NCBI GenBank assembly: GCA_963665815.1
Contig: OY762463.1
Location: 2,848,001 to 2,912,000, forward strand
Direction of reading: 5' to 3'
Length of the DNA stretch: 64,000 bases
Source of the DNA: Candidatus Cloacimonadales bacterium
Lineage (GTDB): Bacteria > Cloacimonadota > Cloacimonadia > Cloacimonadales > JAIOQZ01
The notes beneath the pieces were generated by a model. That model was given only the letters and a program-made list of their open reading frames with translations. It ran no database searches and was not told the DNA's origin. Positions 35,263 to 45,151 of this stretch are shown one piece after another. Both the position numbers and the translations under genes were made by a program. Positions within the stretch are counted from its first letter, which is position 1. Every line of letters begins with the position of its first letter.

Positions 35263-36543
35263 TCAGGAACCAATTTCTTTTACAGTATCTCGGTGTTGAT
35301 CAGCTATACAAGAGCAGGAGCCTTTTCTGCATCGTAAGAAGCTCATACCTGCTGCCAGAAATTGAAGAAGTGCTGCCACAATGAACACGAATTTCATATC
35401 GAACAATTTGAGAAGGGCAAATCCCAGAAACGGAGCAAAGAACCCTCTTAATCCTGTTAATGTAACGTGTACGCTTTGATACATGGATGCATCATTTTCT
35501 CCTGCAAAATAAATAGAACCTATGTTCCATGATATATTTAGTCCGGACATGGCAGCTCCGTAAAATATACAGGCAATATACATCAGCAATAATGCATAAG
35601 ATGTTTTGATAAAAATAAGTGAGAGAAGAAGAAAGGTAGGATATATGGCCATTAACAGGAATGAAAAACCTGTAAAGAATATTGGATTAATTTTATCATG
35701 AACTCTTCCGGCAATTGGAGACAGAAACAGCATTCCAAGCTGCATCAGTATACCTTTTGCCAGAAAAGAGTGTGAATAGTCCAGATTGAGATAGTTCTCT
35801 CCCACTAGAAACAGTGGAAGTACAGGTACAACCATAATAAAACCCATGCCATACGTGAAGAAAGCGAGTTCGAAGTAAGCAAAAGCTTTATCCTCTCTGA
35901 GCACTAAAATTGTCCTTTTGATAGGTCTGAGCAGTATTTCCGGCAAAGTTCTTTTAGCTTTTGGAACCTGTGATTTTTTGAAAGTCTTTACAAACGAGAG
36001 CAGCGAAACCCCGATAAAACTCAGTATACCGATGACAAAGAAAATCTTCTTATAATCATGTTCCGAATAATCCAGAATCTTACCTGCTATGTACGACGTG
36101 GACATAGTAATAACAGTTACAATACTGGTGATTATCCCAAAGACTTTCCCCCTGACCTTATTATTGAAGCTATTCTGCAAAAGCGAATTCTGCAGCGGCA
36201 TAAAAAGTGAATTGAAGCTGTACATAATAAACAGCATAATAAATAGATGGGTAAAGTTTGAAATCCAGAGACCTGTCAGCAGGATCAGTCTTCCCCCGAA
36301 AGCAATCCACCAGAAATATCTGGCTTTACGATCCGACTGCTCCAGAATATTTCCCCACCAGATAGAGAAGAAAATCGTTACTGCCCAGACCATGGACAGC
36401 AGGGTAATCTGCCAATCCTCGGCGTTTAGTGCTTTCTTGGCAATAATATCCTGAAATGCTCCGATACTGAGAGCGAATGCGTTCAGCATAAGTGCCGGCA
36501 TAATCAGCCAGAATGATTTTCTTTCTGCTTTATTTAATTTCAT
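35263..36543 (-). CDS. MFS transporter
   Basis: About 12 TM helices; 'RGKVFG' and 'AGR..DK' loop motifs. Confidence 0.85.
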   Translation of the reverse strand: MKLNKAERKSFWLIMPALMLNAFALSIGAFQDIIAKKALNAEDWQITLLSMVWAVTIFFSIWWGNILEQSDRKARYFWWIAFGGRLILLTGLWISNFTHLFIMLFIMYSFNSLFMPLQNSLLQNSFNNKVRGKVFGIITSIVTVITMSTSYIAGKILDYSEHDYKKIFFVIGILSFIGVSLLSFVKTFKKSQVPKAKRTLPEILLRPIKRTILVLREDKAFAYFELAFFTYGMGFIMVVPVLPLFLVGENYLNLDYSHSFLAKGILMQLGMLFLSPIAGRVHDKINPIFFTGFSFLLMAIYPTFLLLSLIFIKTSYALLLMYIACIFYGAAMSGLNISWNIGSIYFAGENDASMYQSVHVTLTGLRGFFAPFLGFALLKLFDMKFVFIVAALLQFLAAGMSFLRCRKGSCSCIADQHRDTVKEIGS

Positions 36544-36683
36544 TTATTCTCCGATGCTTAATTGCGAATGAGTATCAATTTTGAGAAGCTTTTTATTATA
36601 ATTTTTGCAGATGATTAAATAAAAATAGATTTACAATTATTGATACAGAAATAACATTTTGTCATTAGATATTTGGAGGAACA

Positions 36684-36998
36684 ATGCACCTAACAAACAT
36701 TGAAAACGTACCCGGAATGAAAATTGTCAGGCATTTTGGTCTTGTGTCTGGATCGACAGTAAGAGCAAAGCACGTAGGAAGAGACTTCATGGCAGGTCTT
36801 AAAAACATCGTTGGTGGAGAACTTAAAGGTTATACTGAACTACTTCAGGAGTCGCGTAATCAGGCGATACAGAGAATGGTAATGCAGGCTAAGGAGATGG
36901 GAGCTAATGCGATTGTAAACATCAGATTCTCGACTTCATCGGTTGCACAGGGAGCTGCAGAGCTCTATGCATACGGCACAGCAGTAATTGTAGAATAA
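36684..36998 (+). CDS. YbjQ/UPF0145 family protein
   Basis: GSTVRAKHVGRDF.AGLKNIVGGEL.GY, GANAI, YGTAV motifs. Confidence 0.92.
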   Translation: MHLTNIENVPGMKIVRHFGLVSGSTVRAKHVGRDFMAGLKNIVGGELKGYTELLQESRNQAIQRMVMQAKEMGANAIVNIRFSTSSVAQGAAELYAYGTAVIVE

Positions 36999-37005
36999 TG
37001 GAGAC

Positions 37006-37482
37006 ATGATGGAAGAAGGAATGCAACACCTGTTTTCTCTTGGTTTCGTTCTATTTCTGATAATCCTTGGTTATATTATAGGAACTATAAATGAGAAAAA
37101 ACATTATGAATCAATAAAGATAAGGGAAAAGCTCTTTCTCAATCTCCCGGCAGTGACTCTTAAGAATGCTGTTCCTGACGGACTGGAAATTGAGAAGTCA
37201 GAGCTGGTCATCGGTGGAGTTGTTGTTGCTCTGGACTATTTCAAGAAGTTTCTTGCCGGTCTATACAATATTTTTGGTGGAGAAGTTCGTTCATATGAGA
37301 CTCTTGTTGACAGGGCTCGTAGAGAAGCTATCCTCAGAATGAAAGAGAGTGCCGGAGATGCCTATATCATACAGAACATGAGAATTGAGACATCTACAGT
37401 AGGTACAACAGGTAAAAAGAATGACTCAGCCGGAGCTGTTGAAGTAATAGCTTATGGTACTGCAGTTTATATAAAAAAATGA
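37006..37482 (+). CDS. Membrane-anchored YbjQ-family protein
   Basis: N-terminal TM helix; DYFKKFLAGL.NIFGGEV.SYE.L.DRARREA and AYGTA motifs. Confidence 0.85.
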   Translation: MMEEGMQHLFSLGFVLFLIILGYIIGTINEKKHYESIKIREKLFLNLPAVTLKNAVPDGLEIEKSELVIGGVVVALDYFKKFLAGLYNIFGGEVRSYETLVDRARREAILRMKESAGDAYIIQNMRIETSTVGTTGKKNDSAGAVEVIAYGTAVYIKK

Positions 37483-38234
37483 ATTTCAGACCTGTAGAAC
37501 TTAAAGAAAACCATAATATAAACAAAGGCTCCAGAGTTAAAGATTTATTTGTCCTTTTAGGTGGAGTTTTACTGGCAATTATCATTTTGTATTATCTGTC
37601 AGGTCTGCTTGTTGATTTGATTGCTCCGCATCTGCCTGAAAAAATGGAAAAAAGTATAAATTCTCAATATCGAAAGCATTTTATGAAGGAACAGAATGAC
37701 GAAGCTCTCAGCCTGCAAAGTCTTGTAGACTCTCTTGTAGATGGTTCTGACAGAGACCTTGATTTTTGTATTGTCATCTCAAGATCAACCGATGTAAACG
37801 CATTTGCTGTTCCCGGAGGAATAATTACATTGAACAGAGGACTGATTGATTTTGCTGACTCCAGACAGGAACTGGCATTTGTAATAGCCCACGAGTTGGG
37901 GCATTTTCAGCATTACGATCATACAAAAGGAATTGGACGTGGTCTTATAGCAGGTTTGATAATCAGCTTTTTTACAGGTAAAGATAACACTGTTGCCGGT
38001 ATAATGAATCTTTCGGCAGGCAGCATTGATCTGAAATTTTCACGCAGACAGGAATCAGCAGCAGACAGATATGCTGTTCAAAAACTTATTGAGCACTATG
38101 GGAATGCAGATGGAGCAGTCAGTTTTCTGCGTAGGATGAGCCAGCTGGATAACTATGGAAAATTCACAGCATTTTTCAGTACTCATCCTCATCCTGAGAA
38201 GAGGCTTGAACAGGTTATTGACTCAATTAAGTAA
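37479..38234 (+). CDS. M48-family zinc metallopeptidase
   Basis: NAFAVPGG, HELGH, FSR.QE..AD, STHP motifs. Confidence 0.9.
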   Translation: MNFRPVELKENHNINKGSRVKDLFVLLGGVLLAIIILYYLSGLLVDLIAPHLPEKMEKSINSQYRKHFMKEQNDEALSLQSLVDSLVDGSDRDLDFCIVISRSTDVNAFAVPGGIITLNRGLIDFADSRQELAFVIAHELGHFQHYDHTKGIGRGLIAGLIISFFTGKDNTVAGIMNLSAGSIDLKFSRRQESAADRYAVQKLIEHYGNADGAVSFLRRMSQLDNYGKFTAFFSTHPHPEKRLEQVIDSIK

Positions 38235-38282
38235 CTTATTAACAAAAAAGGAGATCTTTGCATAAATTGGGTTGCTCATATC

Positions 38283-38347
38283 TTAACTTTTAACATATAT
38301 AAGCCTGTAGAATTATCTGCAGGCTCATAATTATGAATAATTTGACA
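38283..38347 (+). repeat. Direct repeat copy 1 (terminator hairpin plus TTGACA)
   Basis: TTAACTTTTAACATATATAAGCCTGT...CTGCAGGCT...AATTTGACA, repeated at 41361. Confidence 0.85.
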
Positions 38348-38549
38348 ATATATCATAGAAAAACTCATTATACTTCTCAAGAGAGATGCAATAACTCTGA
38401 ACTACAGTAAAGAATTAATTAAGATGAAGAGGAGTAGTTAATACTCAATAAAAGTTTATTCAAATTTATTTATGGAACTAAAATTGCATAAATGATAAAA
38501 AAATATCTGTATCTGATATAGGGGTATGTCAGCAGCAGATAAGGGGGAT

Positions 38550-41339
38550 ATGATGACTATTTCTAATAAAAGAGCTTTTACTTTAGTCATTCTTGTTTTT
38601 TTGATTGCAAACGCAATTGCATTCACAAGTGATATTGATGTAAACCTTTTTAACACACAAACATTACCATTGCCAACAGGCATAACTGAACTTTCAACAA
38701 CAATCGGGTATTCAAGAATTGTTGCAGATCGTTATAACAACCATCTTTTAGTTAGTTTTCTTAACTATAACAGAGTGTTTGTATACGAAAACTCCAATGA
38801 CACCTGGAGTATTTTACAGGAATTACTACCTGCAGATACAACTGATGTCAGTAATTTCGGAAACTCAATCAGCATAACCGAAAATAAAATAGCTGTTGGA
38901 TCAAAGCGCTCTCAGTTTCATGCATTTATTTACGCTTTTGATGGAACACAGTATAGTGAGAGTCAAAGATTATCAGTAAATCCGGATGAGTATTCAGATT
39001 TTTGGGCTTACTGGCATGCATTTACATTGGAGTTACAGTCAGACAATCTCATTATTGGTTGTGATGGTATAAATATGTGCACATACTTCTTAACACTGTT
39101 TTACAAGAATGTTAACAACAGCTATCAGCTCCAGAATTATGATGAAGATGCTGCCTGCAGTAATATAAGCGCAGAAAATGATATTGCTGTTCTTTCCGGA
39201 AAATGGCACGGAGACGAGCCTGGACCGGGAGAATATAGATCAGGCGCATATAGCTATAACGGATCTATCTGGGAACCAGACAATACATTTTCAGATGGTG
39301 CTTCCATGGAAAATATAGACTGGTACTCTAATATCAGGAATGACAGATCAGTCGGTGTCGATGGTATAGATTTGCTCCTTCTAGAACATGATGGAGCAAA
39401 CTGGGGTATATTGAAAACTGCATCAGTTCCGGAAGGACTTCTGACTCTAGAGGCTGAATACAGTGTTCAGCTTAATAATGAAAGCATAATGTTAGGCAGC
39501 AAGCATTTCAGATACAACACAGACGATGATTATGCAATATATTCCTTGAAAGATACGTCTGTTGTTTACCACTGTATCATTCAGGGTGAAGATAATGAAA
39601 ACATACAGGTGCTGGACAATTCATTTGTTTTGACAACACCGAATACTCTTAAGGTTGTTGATTTACCTTCTCTTTCAGCTAACTTCGAGACAACAACATT
39701 CAAGATAGACAATCATTTTGGATTGAAATTGAAAAACGCATCACTTAGCGACTATTCAGTTGAATGGGACCTCAATAATGATGGTTCTATCGATTCATAT
39801 ATGCAGAATCCAATTATTGAAATGGAAGTTACTGATGAAATGGATGTACGTCTTACTGTCTATGATGAAACGGGAAATGAAAGTCATACTATAATAAAAA
39901 CTGTGGCTATAGATAAAGAAGATGCTGGTTACTATACAAGATTAGATTTTTATGATTGGTTACAAAGTTGCGATGGAGGATTTGAAAGAGTCTATGATTT
40001 TGCATCGGATTTTAATGCGAATTCTGATTACATTTTTGCAAGATACAGTTATAATTCAATGTATGATATGGGAGATGCCCTTAGAACTTTTGAAAAATCT
40101 GAAAGTTGGGGAATTTCTTCAATAAATGGTAATTGGTTTGATACTGGAATGCGTGAACATGCAATGATCAGTAATAGTAAAATCTTATTTCAGGGAATTG
40201 GGATCTATAATGACATAGAACGGCAATTCAACTATTGCGAGATTGGAGATGATAGAATTCCTGTGCTCCGTCAACGTGTCTCTACCTATAGTGATAACCC
40301 CAAAACATATCTTGATATTGCGGATAATTATTCAGTGGCAAAGCAAGGTGAGTCTTCACTGATTTTCGGAGAATGGCAGGATTCAATGTTTGTGGATATT
40401 CAACAAGTAACAGTAAATGGAGAGATCAATAGTGCCAGAATTACTGATAGTCACTGTTTAGTTTCAACATTCACTAATGACAGCTTCTACATATCAGTTT
40501 ATAAGAACAATAATAATGTATGGCAACTTCAAAATATTTTTCACGATATAGATTTGACTCCTCAAAATTATGTTTCCAAATCATTAGGAGAATCAATTCT
40601 GAAATATGATGATGGGTTCGTTGTACTTCAGTATTTCAGAACTCCATATAATCCGGATGAAGAATATATCAGAGAATATCATCTGCTTTTTTTCAGGGAA
40701 ATGGACAGCAGTTGGTATATTGTGGACGATTTACTGATTCACAGTTCATCCTCATATCTTCCTGTAAGTGATCTAAGTATTGGAATTTGTAACAGATTTC
40801 TTGCTCATAGAGATATTGAAGAGGAGTCTGTTAAACTGTATTACAAAAATTGGGATGGAGAATGGGAGCTGATAGATGCACTTACAAATCCTGAACAGCC
40901 ATTTGATTCTGGTTTTGGCAATCAGATTGTTATTACAGATGAAGACATTCTCATTTCTGCGCCGACTCAGCAATTGTATGATTCACAGGCAGCTCTTTAT
41001 GTATTTCCTCTTGACAGACTCTATGTGAGCAATGACGACAACGAGGTATCTGCTCCTGATCTGAAAGGCAGTTTGGCAAACTACCCTAATCCGTTTAACC
41101 CAAGTACAACATTTGCCTATTCTATTCCGGAAAGTGGAAACGTAGAGATTGCTGTGTATAATCTCAAGGGTCAGAAAGTGACTTCACTTGTGAATGATTA
41201 TATAGAGCAGGGGAGTCACAGAATACTCTGGGAAGGAAAAGACAGTAACAACAAAAATGTCAGTTCCGGTGTGTATTTCTACCAGCTGAAACTAAACGGA
41301 AAAGCACTTAAAACCAGTAAATGTGTGTTGTTGAAGTAG
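38550..41339 (+). CDS. Large secreted protein with degenerate FG-GAP propellers, PKD-like domain and FlgD-Ig C-terminal domain
   Basis: Signal peptide; 'FG.SI', 'WDLNNDG..DS...NP' (PKD-like) motifs; tail NYPNPFNPST...SSGVYFY...KCVLLK. Confidence 0.8.
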   Translation: MMTISNKRAFTLVILVFLIANAIAFTSDIDVNLFNTQTLPLPTGITELSTTIGYSRIVADRYNNHLLVSFLNYNRVFVYENSNDTWSILQELLPADTTDVSNFGNSISITENKIAVGSKRSQFHAFIYAFDGTQYSESQRLSVNPDEYSDFWAYWHAFTLELQSDNLIIGCDGINMCTYFLTLFYKNVNNSYQLQNYDEDAACSNISAENDIAVLSGKWHGDEPGPGEYRSGAYSYNGSIWEPDNTFSDGASMENIDWYSNIRNDRSVGVDGIDLLLLEHDGANWGILKTASVPEGLLTLEAEYSVQLNNESIMLGSKHFRYNTDDDYAIYSLKDTSVVYHCIIQGEDNENIQVLDNSFVLTTPNTLKVVDLPSLSANFETTTFKIDNHFGLKLKNASLSDYSVEWDLNNDGSIDSYMQNPIIEMEVTDEMDVRLTVYDETGNESHTIIKTVAIDKEDAGYYTRLDFYDWLQSCDGGFERVYDFASDFNANSDYIFARYSYNSMYDMGDALRTFEKSESWGISSINGNWFDTGMREHAMISNSKILFQGIGIYNDIERQFNYCEIGDDRIPVLRQRVSTYSDNPKTYLDIADNYSVAKQGESSLIFGEWQDSMFVDIQQVTVNGEINSARITDSHCLVSTFTNDSFYISVYKNNNNVWQLQNIFHDIDLTPQNYVSKSLGESILKYDDGFVVLQYFRTPYNPDEEYIREYHLLFFREMDSSWYIVDDLLIHSSSSYLPVSDLSIGICNRFLAHRDIEEESVKLYYKNWDGEWELIDALTNPEQPFDSGFGNQIVITDEDILISAPTQQLYDSQAALYVFPLDRLYVSNDDNEVSAPDLKGSLANYPNPFNPSTTFAYSIPESGNVEIAVYNLKGQKVTSLVNDYIEQGSHRILWEGKDSNNKNVSSGVYFYQLKLNGKALKTSKCVLLK

Positions 41340-41360
41340 TTTTTGCTTTTATATAAGTTT

Positions 41361-41426
41361 TTAACTTTTAACATATATAAGCCTGTGGAACTTCTGCAGG
41401 CTTTCTTTATTATAAAGAATTTGACA
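41361..41426 (+). repeat. Direct repeat copy 2 (terminator hairpin plus TTGACA)
   Basis: Shares an identical 26-bp start and the hairpin with 38283-38347. Confidence 0.85.
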
Positions 41427-41583
41427 TCAATATAATACGATAGAATCTTGTCACATAAATATTAAAGGAGTTCAAAATATCCGGAGCTGTTCAGGAGGGT
41501 CCTGAACTAAGTCGGAGCCGTAAATAATCTGAAAAACTTATATCACGTAAACAATTACAACAAATGGAGTTGGATTGTTTTGA

Positions 41584-41643
41584 ATGCGCCTTGCAGACGT
41601 TGTTATAGTGCATATATCAGTACATTTATGGTTTATTTATTGA
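41584..41643 (+). other. Candidate leader peptide MRLADVVIVHISVHLWFIY in a structured 5' leader
   Basis: 19-codon uORF lying between complementary arms GGATTGTTTT and AAAACAATCC. Confidence 0.35.
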
Positions 41644-41709
41644 GTTTCCCAAACCCTCGAATTAATTAATTCTGACAAAACAATCCCTCCTAAACAGCAG
41701 GAGGAAAAA

Positions 41710-42489
41710 ATGCTGATTAATCGTGAACAACGGGAAACGCTGAATGAACTCTTTGATAAGCTTAAATTAAACAACAAATCAGGAAAAGATAAGGATGCCA
41801 AGATTGAGCAGATTATTGCCTATCTCGAAGTCATCCACTCATTTACCAGAAAATACTCTAAAAAGAAGACGCTTGTACTGATTGAGAGCTGTGCGGGAAA
41901 CGGCTATTTGAGTATGCTTGTTGCCTATTTCTACAAGTATATTGATCCGAGAAAAATTGAGATTCATTGTGTAGATATCAATGCGGAATTGATGGAAAAG
42001 GCTCAAGGGACAGCATCTGAATTCGGACTAAACATGTATTTTCATGCTATGGATGTACAAGACTACAATCCTGTATCTGATGTGCATGCTGTATATTCCC
42101 TGCATGCCTGTGACACTGCAACAGACAAGACCCTGCATCTGGGTGTAAAAGTAAATGCAAAACTGATTCTGTCCGTTTCATGCTGTCAGCACACAATAAA
42201 GAAAGAATTCAGGCAGAAAAAACTGAAAAGTATAACAAAACACAGCATATTTAAAGACCGATTTATCTATATGCTGGGGGATTCTCTGAGAAGTCTGCTT
42301 ATGGAAATGAATGGATATAAGACGAATATCTTTGAGTTCGTCTCTTCGAGATATACAGATAAAAATGTCATGCTGAGAGCTCAGAGATCAAACCTTATAG
42401 CAAAAGATGAAGCTGTAAGTGAGTACAAAATGCTGACCAGTGATTTCGCTCTGAAACCGGTTCTGGAGAAATATCTGGTGATAAAATAA
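41710..42489 (+). CDS. SAM-dependent methyltransferase (Methyltransf_32-like)
   Basis: IESCAGNGYL motif I, SLHACDTATD, CCQH, T.KN.ML motifs. Confidence 0.85.
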   Translation: MLINREQRETLNELFDKLKLNNKSGKDKDAKIEQIIAYLEVIHSFTRKYSKKKTLVLIESCAGNGYLSMLVAYFYKYIDPRKIEIHCVDINAELMEKAQGTASEFGLNMYFHAMDVQDYNPVSDVHAVYSLHACDTATDKTLHLGVKVNAKLILSVSCCQHTIKKEFRQKKLKSITKHSIFKDRFIYMLGDSLRSLLMEMNGYKTNIFEFVSSRYTDKNVMLRAQRSNLIAKDEAVSEYKMLTSDFALKPVLEKYLVIK

Positions 42490-42500
42490 TTCTAAAAAAA

Positions 42501-42528
42501 GAGCAGGGGAAGTCAAATTCCTCTGCTC
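42501..42528. terminator. Bidirectional terminator
   Basis: GAGCAGGGGAA...TTCCTCTGCTC between convergent genes. Confidence 0.7.
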
Positions 42529-42550
42529 AATTTGCTTAAGTTATATAAAA

Positions 42551-43096
42551 CTATCTACACCACTCACTTCTCAATATCGAGTATATAAGCTGATCCTGCT
42601 TTTCCTCTCCGAACCAGTAATGCTCTCTCATTCTGGCATCTACTTTGAATCCGAATTTTTGCAGTAACTTGTTAGAAGCTGTATTTCCTTCGGCAGTTTC
42701 TGCTACTATCTTATTCAGTTTCATTTCTTCGTCAGAAAAGAATTCTGTCAGAAGTGTTTCCATCATTGCTATTCCATAGCCCTTCCCTCTGAACTCCGGA
42801 GGAAAGTAATAACCGATCTCTATGGATTTGTTTCTTCCGTTGTAATCGAAAGCCTGGAGTCTGCCAACTGCCTGTTCTGTTTCGGAATCAACAATAATAT
42901 AGTTGTCCATTTGTCCGCTGAGAATATTCCTTGCCATTAGCGGATAAAACCTTTCGAAAGTCATATGCTTTTCATATTCATTATCGATTTCATCACAGCT
43001 ATAAAGGTCTTTTCTTTTCTCAGCGATATTCCATTTGTAGATAGATCTGATATGTTCGATGTCATCTTTAGTAAGTTTGATAAGTTTCACATTCAT
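42551..43096 (-). CDS. RimJ/RimL-type GNAT acetyltransferase
   Basis: EIGY, FRGKGYG, N.AS..L.QK.GF, 'YSILRSEW' motifs. Confidence 0.9.
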   Translation of the reverse strand: MNVKLIKLTKDDIEHIRSIYKWNIAEKRKDLYSCDEIDNEYEKHMTFERFYPLMARNILSGQMDNYIIVDSETEQAVGRLQAFDYNGRNKSIEIGYYFPPEFRGKGYGIAMMETLLTEFFSDEEMKLNKIVAETAEGNTASNKLLQKFGFKVDARMREHYWFGEEKQDQLIYSILRSEWCR

Positions 43097-43109
43097 AAAA
43101 TACTTCCTC

Positions 43110-44159
43110 TTATTTCACTTCGTAAATGAAAATTGTATCAGTAGAAGTCAGCAATAATATATTGCTTTCTGTATCCTATAATATTTTGTTATTCTCATAT
43201 CTGGGATTTTCATTAATATAATTACATATAGTATTTCCATCAAGATCAAAAATGAATATACTACTCTTATATTTTTTTGCAAAATCGGGTGCATATCCTG
43301 AACATGTTTCTGCAATAATCCATTTATTCACAGGGCAATACACTATATCACTGTATGCTTGAAGAGATTCAAACTTTCTTTGACCATTCAAATTGTACAT
43401 CCTTGGTTCTGGCATATCCACATTCTTAAATCCTGGTGGATAGACATCCGCAAGTAAAGAATCATTCTTGAAGAGCTTTATCTTAAAATCAGGAAATGCT
43501 CTTGATTCGCATCTGATTTGTTCATTTTCTGTTATTGGTAGATAAATGGACATATTGTGAAAGAAATTAGCAAAAGGAGATGAGTAATCTCCTTCCAAAT
43601 CAACAGTTTCTATTCTGTAACTGAAAGATTGATCATTTAGATCAATAACCACAACATTTCCCTCTTCTTGGGCTGAAAACATATTTGACAAGTAAAGTTT
43701 ATTATTCGAGATTACTATTCTGGAGGGTTTGATTGGTAAGCTGATATCTTGACTAAACTCGAATAATGAATCAAGAACTACTATTTTACGACCATCAGAA
43801 TCACAACAATAGTATTTACTGTCAAAATTATTGAATTCAAAATCACTGAACCAGACAAATTCACCTGGTCCCTTACCTTTAGAAAGCTGAACTTTACGTT
43901 TTAACTGGCTATTATTTCCAAATTTATTTTTATCAAATATAATAAGCTCATAAGTATCCTTATTGAAAATCACAATTTCATTTGATGAATTGAGTTTAAT
44001 GCTTTCAGGATTTAACTCGTGTTCAATATCATTTGCATCTGTGTATACTTGTATAGAATCAACCAGGTTTATACTTACAGATTTCTCAATTTTCTTTTGT
44101 CTAGTACCGCAAGAAATAATAAATATGAGCAGCAGTATAAAAAGCTGATGAAACTTCAT
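43110..44159 (-). pseudogene. 6-bladed beta-propeller lipoprotein interrupted by an in-frame TAG near its C-terminus
   Basis: Lipobox IISC and KGKGPGEF motif; the ORF stops at TAG 43176-43178, but the frame continues DTESNILLLTSTDTIFIYEVK to TAA at 43110. Confidence 0.6.
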
Positions 44160-44295
44160 CTAAGAACCTCCAACATCAGAATACTGTGAACAGTAAACTG
44201 AATACATTTTTTTGTATAACTCATTTTTCTCCAGTAGAAATTCATGTTTTCCCTGGCAGGCAATGTTATTATTTGAAATCAGTATAATATTGTCA

Positions 44296-44518
44296 GCCAA
44301 CTGACTGTTCTGTTTCGGAATCAACAATAATATAGTTGTTCATTTGTCAGATGAGAATAGTCCTTGCTATCAGTGGATAAAACCTTTCGAAAGTCATATT
44401 CATTATCGATTTCATCACAGCTATAAAGGTCTTTTCTTTTCTCAGGGATATTCCATTTGTAGATAGTTCTGATATGTTCGACATAGTCTTTAGTCAGTTT
44501 GATAAGTTTCACACTCAT
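44296..44518 (-). pseudogene. Truncated, frameshifted duplicate of the 5' part of the GNAT gene
   Basis: Nearly identical to 42863-43096; 11-bp deletion between TCATA repeats; similarity stops at 44296. Confidence 0.9.
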
Positions 44519-44668
44519 AAAATTCTTCCTTTTCTTCGATAGAGCAATTTATGGGAGGTTTGATATAGAAATCAAGTTTTTTTTAGCATAGAATCTTTAA
44601 ATTATTTTATAGACAAAAACGCAGAGCTTTTTTTTATTATGGAAATCAAATTATCTGAGAGGTGAATT

Positions 44669-45151
44669 ATGAAGACTATTGTAGAATCAATTAATATACC
44701 TGAAGGTGCAAATATAATCTTCGGAATGTCTCACTTTATCAAGACTGCCGAAGACCTTTATGAAGCTATAATCAACGTTAATCCCGGAATAAAGTTCGGA
44801 GTAGCGTTCAACGAAGCATCCGGTCCGTGCCTTGTGCGCGTGGAAGGCAATGACGATGAACTGAAGAAGATTGCTGCTGATAATATGCTGAGACTTGGCT
44901 GTGGTCATACATTTCTGATAATTCTGGGGAATGTTTTTCCAATTAATGTTATGCCATCTGTAAAAGCATGCCGAGAGGTTGTGAATATTTTCTGCGCAAC
45001 AGCAAATCCTGTTCAGGTAATTATTGCGGAAACTGATCAGGGTCGCGGAGTCATGGGAGTAATCGACGGATTTACACAGAAAGGAATAGAAACTGACGAA
45101 GATATCAAAAAACGCAAAGATTTTCTACGTATGATTGGTTATAAGAGATAA
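44669..45151 (+). CDS. DUF355 / 'adenosine-specific kinase' family protein
   Basis: N.I.G.SHFIKT.EDL.E, FG.AF.EASG.CL, CATANP, GRG..GV.DG, R..L..IGYK motifs. Confidence 0.85.
   Translation: MKTIVESINIPEGANIIFGMSHFIKTAEDLYEAIINVNPGIKFGVAFNEASGPCLVRVEGNDDELKKIAADNMLRLGCGHTFLIILGNVFPINVMPSVKACREVVNIFCATANPVQVIIAETDQGRGVMGVIDGFTQKGIETDEDIKKRKDFLRMIGYKR

Noticed and set aside
43176-43178. Genome-wide amber recoding
   Set aside because: TAG clearly ends conserved genes here (gpmA, groES, and the sorting-domain proteins at 26762 and 41339).
42863-44530. Diversity-generating retroelement template/variable repeat pair
   Set aside because: Differences are not adenine-specific, the repeat covers the gene's 5' end, and no reverse transcriptase is present.
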